Source of the DNA: Mayamaea pseudoterrestris
Taxonomy: Eukaryota
Reading direction: 5' to 3'
DNA: 64,000 nt
Assembly: GCA_027923505.1 (NCBI GenBank)
Contig: BROI01000011.1
Location: forward strand, 372,001-436,000
Translations under genes and position numbers: made by a program
Shown here: piece after piece, positions 10,628 to 21,992 of the stretch
Numbering within the stretch: the first letter of the stretch is position 1
How the letters are laid out: each line of letters opens with the position of its first letter
Notes under the pieces: generated by a model
Databases searched by the model: none
What the model saw: only the letters and a program-made list of their open reading frames with translations
Told to the model about the DNA's origin: nothing

Positions 10628-13600
10628 ATGCCTTCCGCTCCTCCAGTCCCTGTGCTATTCCCTGCCACCAAGCTCAAGCGCTTCCGCACTCTCAACGACA
10701 ATGCCTACCCTCTGACAACTTACCTTGCGAATGAGGAGGCTCAAATGATTATTTCCGAAGGCTTCGAGTCGGACGAACGAGACGCTTTGGTAACATTCCA
10801 AGCTTGTCAAGATGCGCTCGCCAAGTTTCCATTCTCCGTCGATGCCTTTCTCGAAGTCGCCTACTTGTACGAAACGTACTGGAACGATTTGGACAAGGCT
10901 CGGACATCCTACGAACGAGCCATTAAATGTTGCGAATGTCTATGGCCAGAATTGGAGCAAGTGCAAATAGAGTCAAAGGTTGAGCTGCATGAAATGAGAT
11001 TGCTCCAGCAGGCTTACTTCGGACTTGCCAACTTGGAGCTTGACCATGGAAACTTTGAACAAGCTTGTAGTCATGTCGCAATGCTTGAGCGACTTGATCC
11101 AGACGATGTATCTGGCAACAGAGCCATGTTCCATGACAAGTACGAATCAATCATGAATCCGACCGTTGTAGCGGATGAAGATTACTCGGACCAAAATAGC
11201 GACGCTGGATCGGATGCCAAATCAATTGAATCAGATGCAAATAGTTTCTACGACGACTCTGGAGGAGAGGGATATTCGGATGATGAAAGTAGCACTGGGA
11301 ATGAAAATTCTGTCGGGGACGATATTGACGAAGGAAGCAGCAGCAGTAACAATTTTGACAGGCGTGGAACAGCCAGCATTCCATCAACCATTCCGCTGAT
11401 AATCCAACCTGAAATCACTTCGACGACACTGCCTTTGCCGCAGCCTGCGAGAGAATCCAGTCACTCGAGAACACGAGCGAGCGGAGAGATTTTGCCGTCA
11501 CTAGCTTCCAAACCTGGATCGCCTCTGCCTTCGGCCTCGATTAGCAAAACATCGCTACGAAGAATCAATCGCTACATTAGCAAGCCGATGGTAGGAACTG
11601 TCGACAAAACATTGGCGACATCATATTTTTTGAGTGCCAATGTAAGCCTTGAAAATGGTGATATTGATGCCGCACTGGAGCATGCGAGGTCAATTTTGAA
11701 GGTTGATCCAAAGGATGAGTGCGGCTGCTTGTGGAAGTTCTTTGAGAAGTTTGTCCGGGCTAATTTTGAAGAGGAAGATATGGAACAGATTCTATCAGGA
11801 GGGCCTTCCTCGTGCGAATGCTATTTTCGCTATTGCTTTATCATTCTCGATATAATGAAATTGGAAAGTGGTGACGCTACTGTGGAAAAAGTGAACGAAA
11901 CGATTGTACGAGCATTGCGGACGAACCCGCTCGTCCCTATTTTACTCCTCTCGAATGAGGAATTACCTGACATTACGACGCAACAAGTAGCGGGTGGGTT
12001 AAGCGAAGCCATTTGGTACGTTAAGACTGACCTCGACACCTGGAGCGGTGTTGACGAAGCTTTACAATATATGCATGACGCTCGGTTTCAAAATGGTCCA
12101 AAACCACTGGATGATGGGTCAATACTAAAACGCCTGCTTGCTAAAGGCAGAGTCCTTGTCGATGTTGCATTTCCAGACACTGGCTTTGTCGAGACCTGGG
12201 AATGTACATCGCAAGGGACTCAGGAAAAGCTGCCGATGTCGGTTGATGTCGATCCGTCGAATATATCATGTTACGCCGTACCCGTTGAGCTCGATCGTGA
12301 AGGACGACGTTTAGAAGGCAAATGCATCATTTTCCCTTGGAGCAGTGTGAATAAAGTCCACTTCTGGCATTTGCTCTTTGCAGCACTTGATCAAGAAAGA
12401 GAAATAACTGCCGGAGGATGCGACAGCCCAGTAAATGACTCGGTCGACATGCAAAATACTACAACGAATGGCGTACTGTCGCCCAAAGCGACTGGCGAGA
12501 ATTCTCTGCCTATTCTTGAGGACAAGGCACGCACAATGTCTCGACCGGAAGACTTTTATACCTTTGCAATCAAGGCTCTCGATGAAAACGATACAGCTTT
12601 AGCCACTGAGCATGTCCGCAGCCTACTAGAGGTAGATCTTGAAGATGAGCTGGAGTACCTTTCGAAGATTTTTGAGGCGTTCATCCGACAAAAATGTTCC
12701 GACGATGATGTGCACAACACATCGCTTGTATGCCGTGAAAACGCCGAGTTGTTCTTTCGTTGGCGCTTCGTACTGCTCGATCAAGAGAAGGTTAACAGAA
12801 GGGATATCTCAGTCAAGGAGTTTAATGAGACAATTGTTCGGGCACTGGAGTTAAACTCATTCGTACCTACGTTTCTCCTCCAAGGAGCAACGAACAATAT
12901 ACTCCGCGGCCCTTTTCCTCCTGGATCAACTCGAGAAGCACAATGGTACGTGAACACTGAGATCGAGATATGGGATCGTAAACCAGAGGCTCTGGAGGCA
13001 ATATTGTTCGCTAGGTTTCGAAGTGGGTTGAAGCCCGACGACGACGGAGCACTGCTCATGAGTCTCTTTGAAAGATGCAAAGTGGTAATCAATGTCTTGA
13101 TTGATGGCAAGCTTGCCGATTACGAGTGCTGCATCGCAGCGCCCGATGGACATCAGATCCCGAAGGACCTATTCGTTAAAGAAAAATCCGCGGAATTCAT
13201 CTGCTATGCTATACCTGCTCATCATAGTGACGAGCAAGCATCCGCAGGACGCTGGCTGTCATTCAAATATGATTCCGTTGAGAAGGTACCGTTTTGGAAG
13301 ATCTTGATCGATTCAAAGTTCCTACTGGAGCGGAACAAAACCTTTACGAAGCCAACAATTGTTCGTGAAACCTCCGTGAGCGATTTGTCTGCAGGATCTC
13401 TCACGCCGAAGGAGTCGCTGTTGCGTCGAACCTTAATGCGAAGTTCCTTGTCAAATAAAACTCTTTTGGCTGCGAAGCCAGCTGTAATTTCTGAGAATGA
13501 GTCTAGTGCCTTGAAATTAAATATTAATCCGGCTCCCAGTCCTGGACGAGCTCATCAACAAGCACAACACCCGAGCAAGGGAAGTCGAGTTGCTTTGCTT

Positions 13601-13648
13601 CGAGATAAGCTCTTCGCTGCTGGAGGAAAGAAACCTTGTTTGAATTGA
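10628..13648 (+). CDS. Large TPR-like helical-repeat protein with a duplicated ~270-aa module
   Basis: 1006-aa intronless ORF. N-terminal TPR-like helices, an acidic linker, then two copies of ETIVRAL..N..VP..LL...EA.WYV....W...EAL...ARF..G.KP.DDG. Confidence 0.8.
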   Translation: MPSAPPVPVLFPATKLKRFRTLNDNAYPLTTYLANEEAQMIISEGFESDERDALVTFQACQDALAKFPFSVDAFLEVAYLYETYWNDLDKARTSYERAIKCCECLWPELEQVQIESKVELHEMRLLQQAYFGLANLELDHGNFEQACSHVAMLERLDPDDVSGNRAMFHDKYESIMNPTVVADEDYSDQNSDAGSDAKSIESDANSFYDDSGGEGYSDDESSTGNENSVGDDIDEGSSSSNNFDRRGTASIPSTIPLIIQPEITSTTLPLPQPARESSHSRTRASGEILPSLASKPGSPLPSASISKTSLRRINRYISKPMVGTVDKTLATSYFLSANVSLENGDIDAALEHARSILKVDPKDECGCLWKFFEKFVRANFEEEDMEQILSGGPSSCECYFRYCFIILDIMKLESGDATVEKVNETIVRALRTNPLVPILLLSNEELPDITTQQVAGGLSEAIWYVKTDLDTWSGVDEALQYMHDARFQNGPKPLDDGSILKRLLAKGRVLVDVAFPDTGFVETWECTSQGTQEKLPMSVDVDPSNISCYAVPVELDREGRRLEGKCIIFPWSSVNKVHFWHLLFAALDQEREITAGGCDSPVNDSVDMQNTTTNGVLSPKATGENSLPILEDKARTMSRPEDFYTFAIKALDENDTALATEHVRSLLEVDLEDELEYLSKIFEAFIRQKCSDDDVHNTSLVCRENAELFFRWRFVLLDQEKVNRRDISVKEFNETIVRALELNSFVPTFLLQGATNNILRGPFPPGSTREAQWYVNTEIEIWDRKPEALEAILFARFRSGLKPDDDGALLMSLFERCKVVINVLIDGKLADYECCIAAPDGHQIPKDLFVKEKSAEFICYAIPAHHSDEQASAGRWLSFKYDSVEKVPFWKILIDSKFLLERNKTFTKPTIVRETSVSDLSAGSLTPKESLLRRTLMRSSLSNKTLLAAKPAVISENESSALKLNINPAPSPGRAHQQAQHPSKGSRVALLRDKLFAAGGKKPCLN

Positions 13649-13991
13649 GTTGATGCCCGAAGGCATTAAACCATGGCAACAATGCGCGATGTTAATATTT
13701 ACCCTAGAATAAGCTACATACGTTTCTCCATCATCTATAGACTCTAATACCTACCAACAGGTCTAGCATGTTTCTCGTGGAGGCTATCAGCCTGTTATCC
13801 TTATGTAGCTTTACTGTCAATCCGGATATCAGGAGCACGGTCGACACCTTATTAAACGCGTATATTACAATGGAATTGCTTCCAAGCCCGAAGATAATTC
13901 AACTTGTTGTATCATGTTACGATGAGAAGAGCATGTTACGATAAAAAGAGCTCACGGTATATTATAGGCAAAGGGAGTACGGATTACGTAG

Positions 13992-16883
13992 CTAGTTTGT
14001 ACGTGCGCGTTGACGCTGATCTACCCAACTCTCGTCGGTAGTATCGCGACACTTCTCAATTTCATGCCAGATGTGCCGCGTGGTGGGAATTCCGAGCTTC
14101 TTCATCTGCGCCAGTACTTTGTGTGCCTTTTTCGCCTTGTTAGGCGTGTTGCTGCGACTGAGAACACGAAGATACGCAAGGAAAGTGGCAACGGTGGGTC
14201 CTGCTTGAGATAAGCAGTCGGCTAATAATGATTGCGCACGATCCCATGTCTCGTCATTAGGATTTAGCTCGAGCGCAGAGAAACAGATAGTGTACGTGGC
14301 AACATCTGGTTTCGATTCACGGGAACCAAGTGCTTGCATCTTGCGGAGAATTTCTTCCGATCGAGTATTGGCATTGACCGCCTTCGACTGAACGAGCGCT
14401 TTTAATAGTGCATTGTAACAATAAGTGGTAGGGCCCATTCCTGTGTCCTCCATTTGATTCATCAGCTTTTCGATTCCGTCCGGGTCACCATGAGCAGCAA
14501 AGACGTTCATTACAGTCGCGAAATGAAACGGTGTAAGCCGACACATTTTCTCTCCTCCGCGGTGCCGCTCATCGAGTTTGTTTAAATACTCGAGCGCTCT
14601 TTGGGGTGCATCTTTGCGTCGGGAGCGCGACCAAGCATCAAGCACTGTACTGTAAGTCGTAGCATCAGGACAAATGGACGCTGAGTCGCCTAGGCCAAAT
14701 ATGCACTTCTCTTCCATAAGTTTGACAATTTCTTGAGCGCGAATAGGAGCTTCTTTGCGCTTCGACTTGGCCCAGCAGTTGAGCACCACATTGTATGTCG
14801 TCACATCCGGTTTAAGCGTCAAGTTTTGATCTTCGTAAAGCTGCGTCATTAGTTCGAGCATTGCTTCCGCTTTCAACGGTGCATCCCTAGATTGAGATCG
14901 TGCCCATGTTGTCATGAGAGTGTGTAATGTTTCTATCGTCGGCATGGCTTTGGAGTTTCCTCCTTTGACATCGTCGATCATTTGCTGGAAAAGCTTATCG
15001 GCTTGTTTGGCGTCTCCCAATTCTTTCAGGGAATCCAGCATCGCCGTATACAGTCTCACTGTCAAAACACACTGCTGTGCTTGAGCCTGATTGAAGTAAA
15101 ACTTGCAACGCTCTGCGGCCTTTTGGTTGTCGCCCGATGACATTCGCGCCATATTGTTCCATGCCGTCATGAGAGCAACGTAGGTTGCTTCCGTTGGCTC
15201 GAGCAACTCATCGCCATTGTCAAACCGCGTTTTCAAATCTTGGTAGAGTGCTTCCGCCTGTAGCGCCGCCTTGGCGTCTCGTTTGGCCGCCTGGGACCAT
15301 GCCAAGATAGCAATGTTGTACACGTAAACATCGGGTCGAGCGTTGGAGTTTAAACTTTGGTCAGTTGACTCCCACATTTCCTGCAAAATGCCCAGACACC
15401 GATCGGCAGCTCTAACATTCTTGCAACGGGTCAGTGCTTTCATAAGAGTGGTGTACGATAACTTGTTGGGCTGGCTCGTCGCATGAAAATTGTCCTTCAT
15501 TTGCTGCAGCAACTCTTCAACGTAGTCGACAGCTTGTGCATCATTTTGAGCAAGATTTGCCCACGCTTCCATCACCCTATTGTAGTGGTTTGTCCGTGGG
15601 TGAAAAGAAGCAAAGTGTTGGCTTGAACTTTCATCAACGTCTGCGTCGAATGCAAGCTCGCGGCAAACTTTGACAATGTGTATCATGGTTTGCGCCACGT
15701 CTTGCTTGTTTCCGTTGCTGGCATAGAGTGCATTGAGTATGTTGGTCAATGAGGTAGGCTGGAGACAAAACTCTGGCGAAAACGAGCTTGTTCGATAGAG
15801 CGCACAAAGTAGCTCGAGTAGCTGCTTGGTGCGATCGCAGTCACCACTTTTGGCACACGCCGTCATGACGGCGGCAAACATTTGCTGGTCTGGAAGAGCC
15901 TTGGTCGACGGATCATCCAAGTAATTGCGCGATAGTTCCTGCAGCGTATCAAGCGCAACGTCAAGTTGATTGTCAGCAATGAGTATACGAAGATAGTGGA
16001 AGTAAATGATGGAATTTGGTGAGGCGGTCGTTTCTTGAAGTGACTGCAGCAAGCCTTGCGCCTTGATGACGGCAAATCCGTAGGCTTGTTCGTGAATGAG
16101 AGACTCCAACACGCAAGAATATGAGACAATGTCTGGGACAATACTTGTTTCTTGTTTCATTGACTGAAACAGCTCCCAAGCTTCGCCCGGAGCCTTCCAT
16201 TTTGCAAGAACGGTCAAGGCCGCGTTCCAAACGACAAGGTTTGGCGAAATTGGCATCTTGTTGAGAATAACACGCACGTTGCTAGCTGCAAGGCTACGAT
16301 TCGGTGTAACTTTGGACATGAGACTCAGCAATATAGCAAAAGTTGCTTGTATATCTTCGTCATGGTTGTTTAGTTGACCTTGAATCCATTGATTTTTGAT
16401 CCAGTCGCAGACTTGATGAGAAAGATTGCTGACATTCAATAAAGCTTGCGTGCTGTCCTTTTCTTCCCTCCTTTGACGCTCCATCGAAATCTTCCACGCA
16501 TCGAGAGTGTGGTTGAGCAGTTGGAGTCTTTCAGTGACGGGAACCGAGTCGCTTTCTAAAATAGTTTCAAGTAGCTGTTTTGATTGACGCACGGCTGCTT
16601 CGTTCATTGGACGCTGCCGCGTCAACTGCAAGAGCTGCTCGACTGGAGTATACTCTGCCCCATTTTCCAAAGAATCTTCAAGTGGATTGCTAATTGTTGC
16701 ATTCTGGTCCATTAGAGCTGTTGCAAAACATCGCGCATCAGTCGTCCTTGTGACGGTGTATCGATCGTTCCGTCGTCGCGTACGTTTCGTACAAATGCCT
16801 CTTAGCTGACAGCTGCTCGTGGCGTTTAGTCTTTGAGTTACTGTTGAGATTATTCTTCCGGGTATTCGACTACGGGTCGGCAT
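13992..16883 (-). CDS. Pentatricopeptide-repeat (PPR) protein, probably mitochondrial
   Basis: Repeated P(D/N)..(S/T)Y...(L/M).AW motifs (PDIVSYSCVL, PDVYVYNIAILAW, PDVTTYNVVLNCW, PDATTYSTVLDAW). Arg-rich N-terminus with an RCF-A-like cleavage site. Confidence 0.9.
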   Translation of the reverse strand: MPTRSRIPGRIISTVTQRLNATSSCQLRGICTKRTRRRNDRYTVTRTTDARCFATALMDQNATISNPLEDSLENGAEYTPVEQLLQLTRQRPMNEAAVRQSKQLLETILESDSVPVTERLQLLNHTLDAWKISMERQRREEKDSTQALLNVSNLSHQVCDWIKNQWIQGQLNNHDEDIQATFAILLSLMSKVTPNRSLAASNVRVILNKMPISPNLVVWNAALTVLAKWKAPGEAWELFQSMKQETSIVPDIVSYSCVLESLIHEQAYGFAVIKAQGLLQSLQETTASPNSIIYFHYLRILIADNQLDVALDTLQELSRNYLDDPSTKALPDQQMFAAVMTACAKSGDCDRTKQLLELLCALYRTSSFSPEFCLQPTSLTNILNALYASNGNKQDVAQTMIHIVKVCRELAFDADVDESSSQHFASFHPRTNHYNRVMEAWANLAQNDAQAVDYVEELLQQMKDNFHATSQPNKLSYTTLMKALTRCKNVRAADRCLGILQEMWESTDQSLNSNARPDVYVYNIAILAWSQAAKRDAKAALQAEALYQDLKTRFDNGDELLEPTEATYVALMTAWNNMARMSSGDNQKAAERCKFYFNQAQAQQCVLTVRLYTAMLDSLKELGDAKQADKLFQQMIDDVKGGNSKAMPTIETLHTLMTTWARSQSRDAPLKAEAMLELMTQLYEDQNLTLKPDVTTYNVVLNCWAKSKRKEAPIRAQEIVKLMEEKCIFGLGDSASICPDATTYSTVLDAWSRSRRKDAPQRALEYLNKLDERHRGGEKMCRLTPFHFATVMNVFAAHGDPDGIEKLMNQMEDTGMGPTTYCYNALLKALVQSKAVNANTRSEEILRKMQALGSRESKPDVATYTICFSALELNPNDETWDRAQSLLADCLSQAGPTVATFLAYLRVLSRSNTPNKAKKAHKVLAQMKKLGIPTTRHIWHEIEKCRDTTDESWVDQRQRARTN

Positions 16884-17149
16884 GGTGAATTGAAAAGGAG
16901 GCAATTTATTGGATGAATCAATGCGTTGTTATCGTTGTCATGGTGAAGAAATTCTGCGGCAGCGAATGCGTGAGTGCAAAGCAAAACGTCATGATGTCAC
17001 ATCACTTCCCATTAACTGCATTTTAGCTAACAGTAAATGCGTTAAGTACTTTACTCGTACCGGACGACGTACTGTATTGCCAATTTTGGAGCGCTTGTAG
17101 CAAAAAGATGCACAAAATTGTCTGACTCATACTTGCAGTTAGTAAGCTG

Positions 17150-18700
17150 TACTCATTCTGATGCTCTATCACTATTATGTTTCTCTTCAAGCCAGCCTCT
17201 GCGTAGCACTCATCGCCATTGAACATATCCTCGTCGGCAATAAAGCACTGAAGTATTGTCGCAATGGCCATATCGTACTCCATGAAAAAGTTAGAGATCC
17301 AGAATGAAATCAGAAAGATGACGGCAAGAGGACCGCCAATCGAGTAAAGTTGGTTGTAAATTTCGTTCTGCGTCAGGAGCAAGTTCGCCCCAATGGTTGT
17401 CATGGAGCTGATGAAGAGCTTGCCAACAATCATCACTGCGGCCGAAACGTAGCTCACCGCAGTGATGCGCCGGGCGTTGCGAAACATGAGCCAAAACGAC
17501 TGCTGGCATGACTCGCAAAAAGACGTGTTGAAAATAGCCGTTTGAATGTACGCATTCTTGGAGATAAACTTGAGAAACTTTTCCAGACATCAAAAGCGGC
17601 ATTGGCAGCAGCAGAGCAAAAGACCGCTGACTTTTGTCTTTTCAGCCTTTGCGGCCGTTTGCATCTTGCAATAATCGCGCGCACCACTTGAACAATCGCA
17701 ATGAGAAAGGACCCAAACGCGCAAGTACCAGCGTTATAAAACAGGACTTGCCATATAGTCATCAAGACAGTCCAAACACAATGCTCATTCCCAGCGATCC
17801 ACCCAAACCAAAACCAAAGAAGTATTTGCGTGCCATGTGCACAAGTCCGTGAAGAGTCGCGTCCAACATTCCGCCAACGATGAATCGTCTTAAAAAGCTA
17901 GACTCAGTGACGCATTCGTTTGGTGCCGCATCGCTGCCAGTGCCTCCGCCGTTGACAAGCAACGCTGCAGCACCGAACGAGTGTCTCCAGCGTAGTAGGC
18001 GTAGCCAAGCCTCTGCGCACGAGGATTGGAAGCGTTGGGAAAGCATGACGCGTCGGTGCATTTAAATGTAGTTGACATATTGTTTTCTGGCGAGTAGTGC
18101 GGCGCCGTTGCTGCAAAGTCCAAGCCAATCAAGCTGCCAATGCCATGATTGGCTTGATAGTTTCCAGAGTATGTAATCAACGTATGAACACTGGCCGTGA
18201 CATTGTACTTGGTTTGATTCTGATTGGTAGTGCCGCGTGAATGTGGAAAAATTCAAGACATGACGAAGACGCCTCCCGAGAGTGAGTTCACGTAATATAG
18301 CAACGAATAATTGGCCATGTCGTTGAAACCAACGTTTGTGCCACAAACGTTGCCGCGATAGTCCATTGTACGTAGCGAACGTCTCCATGGTGAATGCTGT
18401 ATGCGCCAATGGCTGTGAGATCAATCCAAAAGGCGCATAGTAGTGTAAGGCAAAGTACGTCGGTGCAGTGACGATTATTCGGTTGGTCCGTGAAAGTCAG
18501 CGGGTGCAATGAGCTTTTCTAAGTCGTATGAAACGTCCTTTTCTTGTGAAGGTAATTCTGATAAAGAGGACGGCATGAGTAGCGTAGTGGATTATAGGTT
18601 GCAGCTGTTTCATCAGCAGGTCAATTTGGCGGCTGCAATCCTGCATGTTGCATCGGCAGGTGATGTCATGGTCAAACATGACACGAAACGGCGCGTCGGA
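17150..18700 (-). pseudogene. Choline transporter-like (CTL/SLC44) pseudogene
   Basis: Motifs RHCTDVLCL, GTCAFGSFLIAIVQ, CCCQCRF*CLEKFLKFISKNAYIQTAIF and TILQCFIADE. In-frame TGA at 17590-17592 at the normally Trp position, a frameshift near 17667 and an apparent loss of the central TM block near 17760. Confidence 0.8.
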
Positions 18701-19238
18701 CGAATGAGCGAGCCTTGCGAGTACCGCACAGACGTTCTTATTGCGACAAAATTAGCCATTCTCAATACAAAGAACTCGAGTACCGGACAGACATTCGTGC
18801 ATGGAAACGTCGTCTTCGCTTCGACGAGGGCGTTTCGCGACAAAACACGAGACGAAGGAACCTTCGATTCCATCGCAGCAACGACTCGGGCACAAACTTG
18901 AGACGCATATACTCCCGCACACTTGTTCGGTTGTGCAGGAAAAGCCTGTGCATCAAGTAGACTCGATCTCTATACATTTGTATATCTTTCACTCTTTCAT
19001 TCATCAAGCATGCAGTCGATTGAAGGCGTTCGGTACGTGGCATTTTTGCATGTGCGACGTAGCGATTCCGACTCGAGAAGTTTGCAACGCACGAAGACAT
19101 GCTAGAGACGATTGTACATGAAGCAAGAGCAGTTTGGAGGCGGTTAGTGACTACAAGGTTTCATTTCGCCGCTGCTACATGCTTTTTGCATTTGATTCTC
19201 GTGTCACGACTCTCTCTCTCGCAATATTCTCATCCAAC

Positions 19239-20225
19239 ATGTCCTTGTTTCGCAGCGCAAGTTACTCGTGGAGGCAGCGAAGCTCCTCCATGATTGACCT
19301 TCCGGATGATCATGGCAAGTTTGTCGGCGGCAGCGACAAGTTGCATCTCGCCAGAAGCCTTGGTGGAGACACCAATAACGCTAAGGATCAAGAGAGAACG
19401 AGGAGTCATAGTGACGCGGTAGTAGCAGCAACGGAAGACACGATTGCGACGGACAAGATTGTCTCCAAGGATGCTCCTACCTTGCTGGAGATGCTCAAGA
19501 CGGTCAAGGGCAATGACGAGCCGCTTGACGACGACAAGGACGACGATAAGAACGTTCGCAGCTCGCCGACGTCAGTCGCGGTTGAAATGCCCACGCCGCC
19601 CGAAGCAAGTACGCTTGTCAATAATGCTGTGGAGACGGTAAAAGGAAGCAGCAATGTCGAGACACCAGCTTTGGAAATGGAAAAGAGTGACGACGACGAG
19701 AGTACGGATGACGATGACGACGACGATGGCAACGCGGAGATTCACCTTGACACGAGCAGCAAGCGCAAGTCCATGCAGATTGCCGCCCTGGAACTTGCCT
19801 TGGAGCAGGCGCAGGCGCAGCGCACCAAGATGATTTCCAACATTCAAAAGAAGAAGCAGGCGCTCGCTGTTTCTGACTTGAAAATGAAGGCGCTCGCAAA
19901 GGAGAATGCGGAACTAAAGGCAAACTTGTTGAAACTGAATTTGGAGAATTCGTCGCTGCACAGCGGCATGGCCAAGATTACGTCAACGCGCGACGAGCTG
20001 CGCAACAAGCTGCGCATCAAGCAGGATGTGTTGAGAGAAACGCGCGCGGAAAAGGATGAGACGGAAAAGAAGCTCAAGCGGTCGGAGCAGTGCCGCGTGC
20101 TGGAGCAGGAGTTGCTTCAAAACTATCGTAGACTTGCCATTCACACGGGTTACTTCAAGTGGGGCAAGGAGATTCGCATGTTGGAAGCTGCCTTGGAAAA
20201 GGCGAATGCGGAGCAGCAGGAATAA
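19239..20225 (+). CDS. Hypothetical acidic / coiled-coil protein
   Basis: Long ORF with Asp-rich middle and heptad-rich C-terminal half (ALELALEQAQAQR...LKANLLKLNLENSSL). Confidence 0.75.
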   Translation: MSLFRSASYSWRQRSSSMIDLPDDHGKFVGGSDKLHLARSLGGDTNNAKDQERTRSHSDAVVAATEDTIATDKIVSKDAPTLLEMLKTVKGNDEPLDDDKDDDKNVRSSPTSVAVEMPTPPEASTLVNNAVETVKGSSNVETPALEMEKSDDDESTDDDDDDDGNAEIHLDTSSKRKSMQIAALELALEQAQAQRTKMISNIQKKKQALAVSDLKMKALAKENAELKANLLKLNLENSSLHSGMAKITSTRDELRNKLRIKQDVLRETRAEKDETEKKLKRSEQCRVLEQELLQNYRRLAIHTGYFKWGKEIRMLEAALEKANAEQQE

Positions 20226-20448
20226 GACGGCGTTGACTTGCGGCCAATCAACTATTCTTGTTTACATGTCGGAACGAGCGTGAAAACGCGTTCCCAACAC
20301 TACCAAACTGATTGCCACGAGGCATCTATATATTGTATGCATTAATAAAACTAATTAAATTTAATGTTTTCAACAGATTGTAGACGGATGTAGGTGTATT
20401 CGCCGTTAATGCAACTGTAGTCTCATGCACTCACTGTCAATTTCCACC

Positions 20449-21780
20449 TCAATATTTTGGAAGGTTGGATCGCTGCGGCTGCAAGCGCACCGGCCGCGGC
20501 CTTGCTTCTAGTGGACTAGCAGTAGATGACTTCAAAAGCGACGGTCTCCTTGGAATAATCTCACTTCCTCGGTTCACCGTGCATGCAATAATGCCATTGT
20601 TGGCTTGCGGCTCCAAGCCAGGCCTGCCGTTCGACGACAAGTGCAGTTCCGACGCATACAGACTCAACGCTTGCAAATGTGGCTCCTCGGAGAGTACTAA
20701 ACATGCGGCATCATACAATGTCGCTTGGAGCGACGGACTGTAAATGCCATTGGTGGATGGAGGGCCGAAGAAACCCTTGTGCAGGAGCTTTTGAATGTTT
20801 TTCCTTAGCGCGCAGTAGTCAACCTGGTGGAACGACATTGGAGCATCTGCAGCAACATTAGAGTGAATAGCAAGGTGATGAGAATGTGGAATTATCGTCT
20901 TTTGCTGCAGTCAATGAAGAAACTTACACGTCCAAATGGCTTCCAGTTGCGTCGACATGCACCGATCGCTCGTCTCGGGCAGTAAGGTATACTCGTCCCG
21001 ATGAAAACCTTCGAATCCACTCTGCGCCGACTTTAATAACACCATGTGACTCATGGAGCTCGATACCATTGGCCCTTGTCCTCGCTCCAAATGCACCGTG
21101 GCATGATGTTTGACTGGTGACTTGGTGAAACCATGTGGATGAATCTGTCCATCCACCCAAACGCGATCCCACACAGTTTCAGTCACTTGCAAATCAATGG
21201 CGTCAAGCCACGCGTACTGCATCAATACTCGTTGCGCCAAAATCATGCCAAACTCCTCGGGTGAGTCAAACGAATATCTTTGTGCCACCATTTGGGCCAA
21301 ATTTTGCTGCGCATCCGACGTGACAATCTTTGCATTGTCGCCCGTCAGAAATGAATCCTTGGTGTCACTCGAAACGAGAGTCATGTGTATTGTGTAGTCT
21401 TGTATTGACTGCATTGGCTCCTCCTTTCGAACCACTTTGAAGACATGTGCCGTCGACTTGTGCGAGTGTGCCATCAAGTGGAACGATTCGGATCGGAGTG
21501 GCTCCAGCAGTATCTGGTCGTCATTTTTGTTTTCATCATGAGCAGCCTCCATTTGCGCCATGACAACGGCACTAATCCCTCCCGACAAAATGGCAATGGT
21601 AGCAACAAGCGACTTGGCAAAGGCGAGAGATGCGTCGTTTTGCAATCGCTGCGCTCGCGTTCTGTGGCGAGGAGATGAAGCGAAGCATCGACGCCAACTA
21701 GTGCAAGTATAGTTATTTGTCTGACTGCATCTTTGACGGATTAATCGAAATGCAGCTCGTTGTCCCATTTGGAGAGCCAT
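20449..21780 (-). CDS. Uricase (urate oxidase) homologue with N-terminal presequence; 2 exons (intron 20847-20927)
   Basis: TGDNAKIVTSDAQQN, HPHGF, VLLKSAQSGFEGFHRDEYTLLPETSDRCMST and YSPSLQATLY are uricase-family motifs. A GT-AG intron joins the two ORFs in frame. Confidence 0.85.
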
Positions 21781-21992
21781 GGTGAACGAGGCCGTCTGTG
21801 ATCTTCGCACGAGGCAACTTGAGCAAATCCTTTGTGGGCACAGTTAAGGATGGCTTTAATGACGTCATGCGTGACATTTTGGATCCTTCGATTGCGTTCG
21901 TTGCGCGGCTGCCACTACCATGCGTGACGCTCGCCTCATTCCATCTACTAGCACAGAACCAACCCACCCACCAGTCAGTACTATACAATAAC

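Noticed and set aside
17590..17592. In-frame TGA in a Cys-rich segment as possible selenocysteine or readthrough
   Set aside because: It sits at a normally Trp position (TGG to TGA), and the gene also has frameshifts and a deletion, so pseudogenisation explains it.
18509..19121. Several overlapping 60-130 aa ORFs
   Set aside because: No recognisable motifs. They overlap the decayed 5' end and upstream region of the CTL pseudogene.
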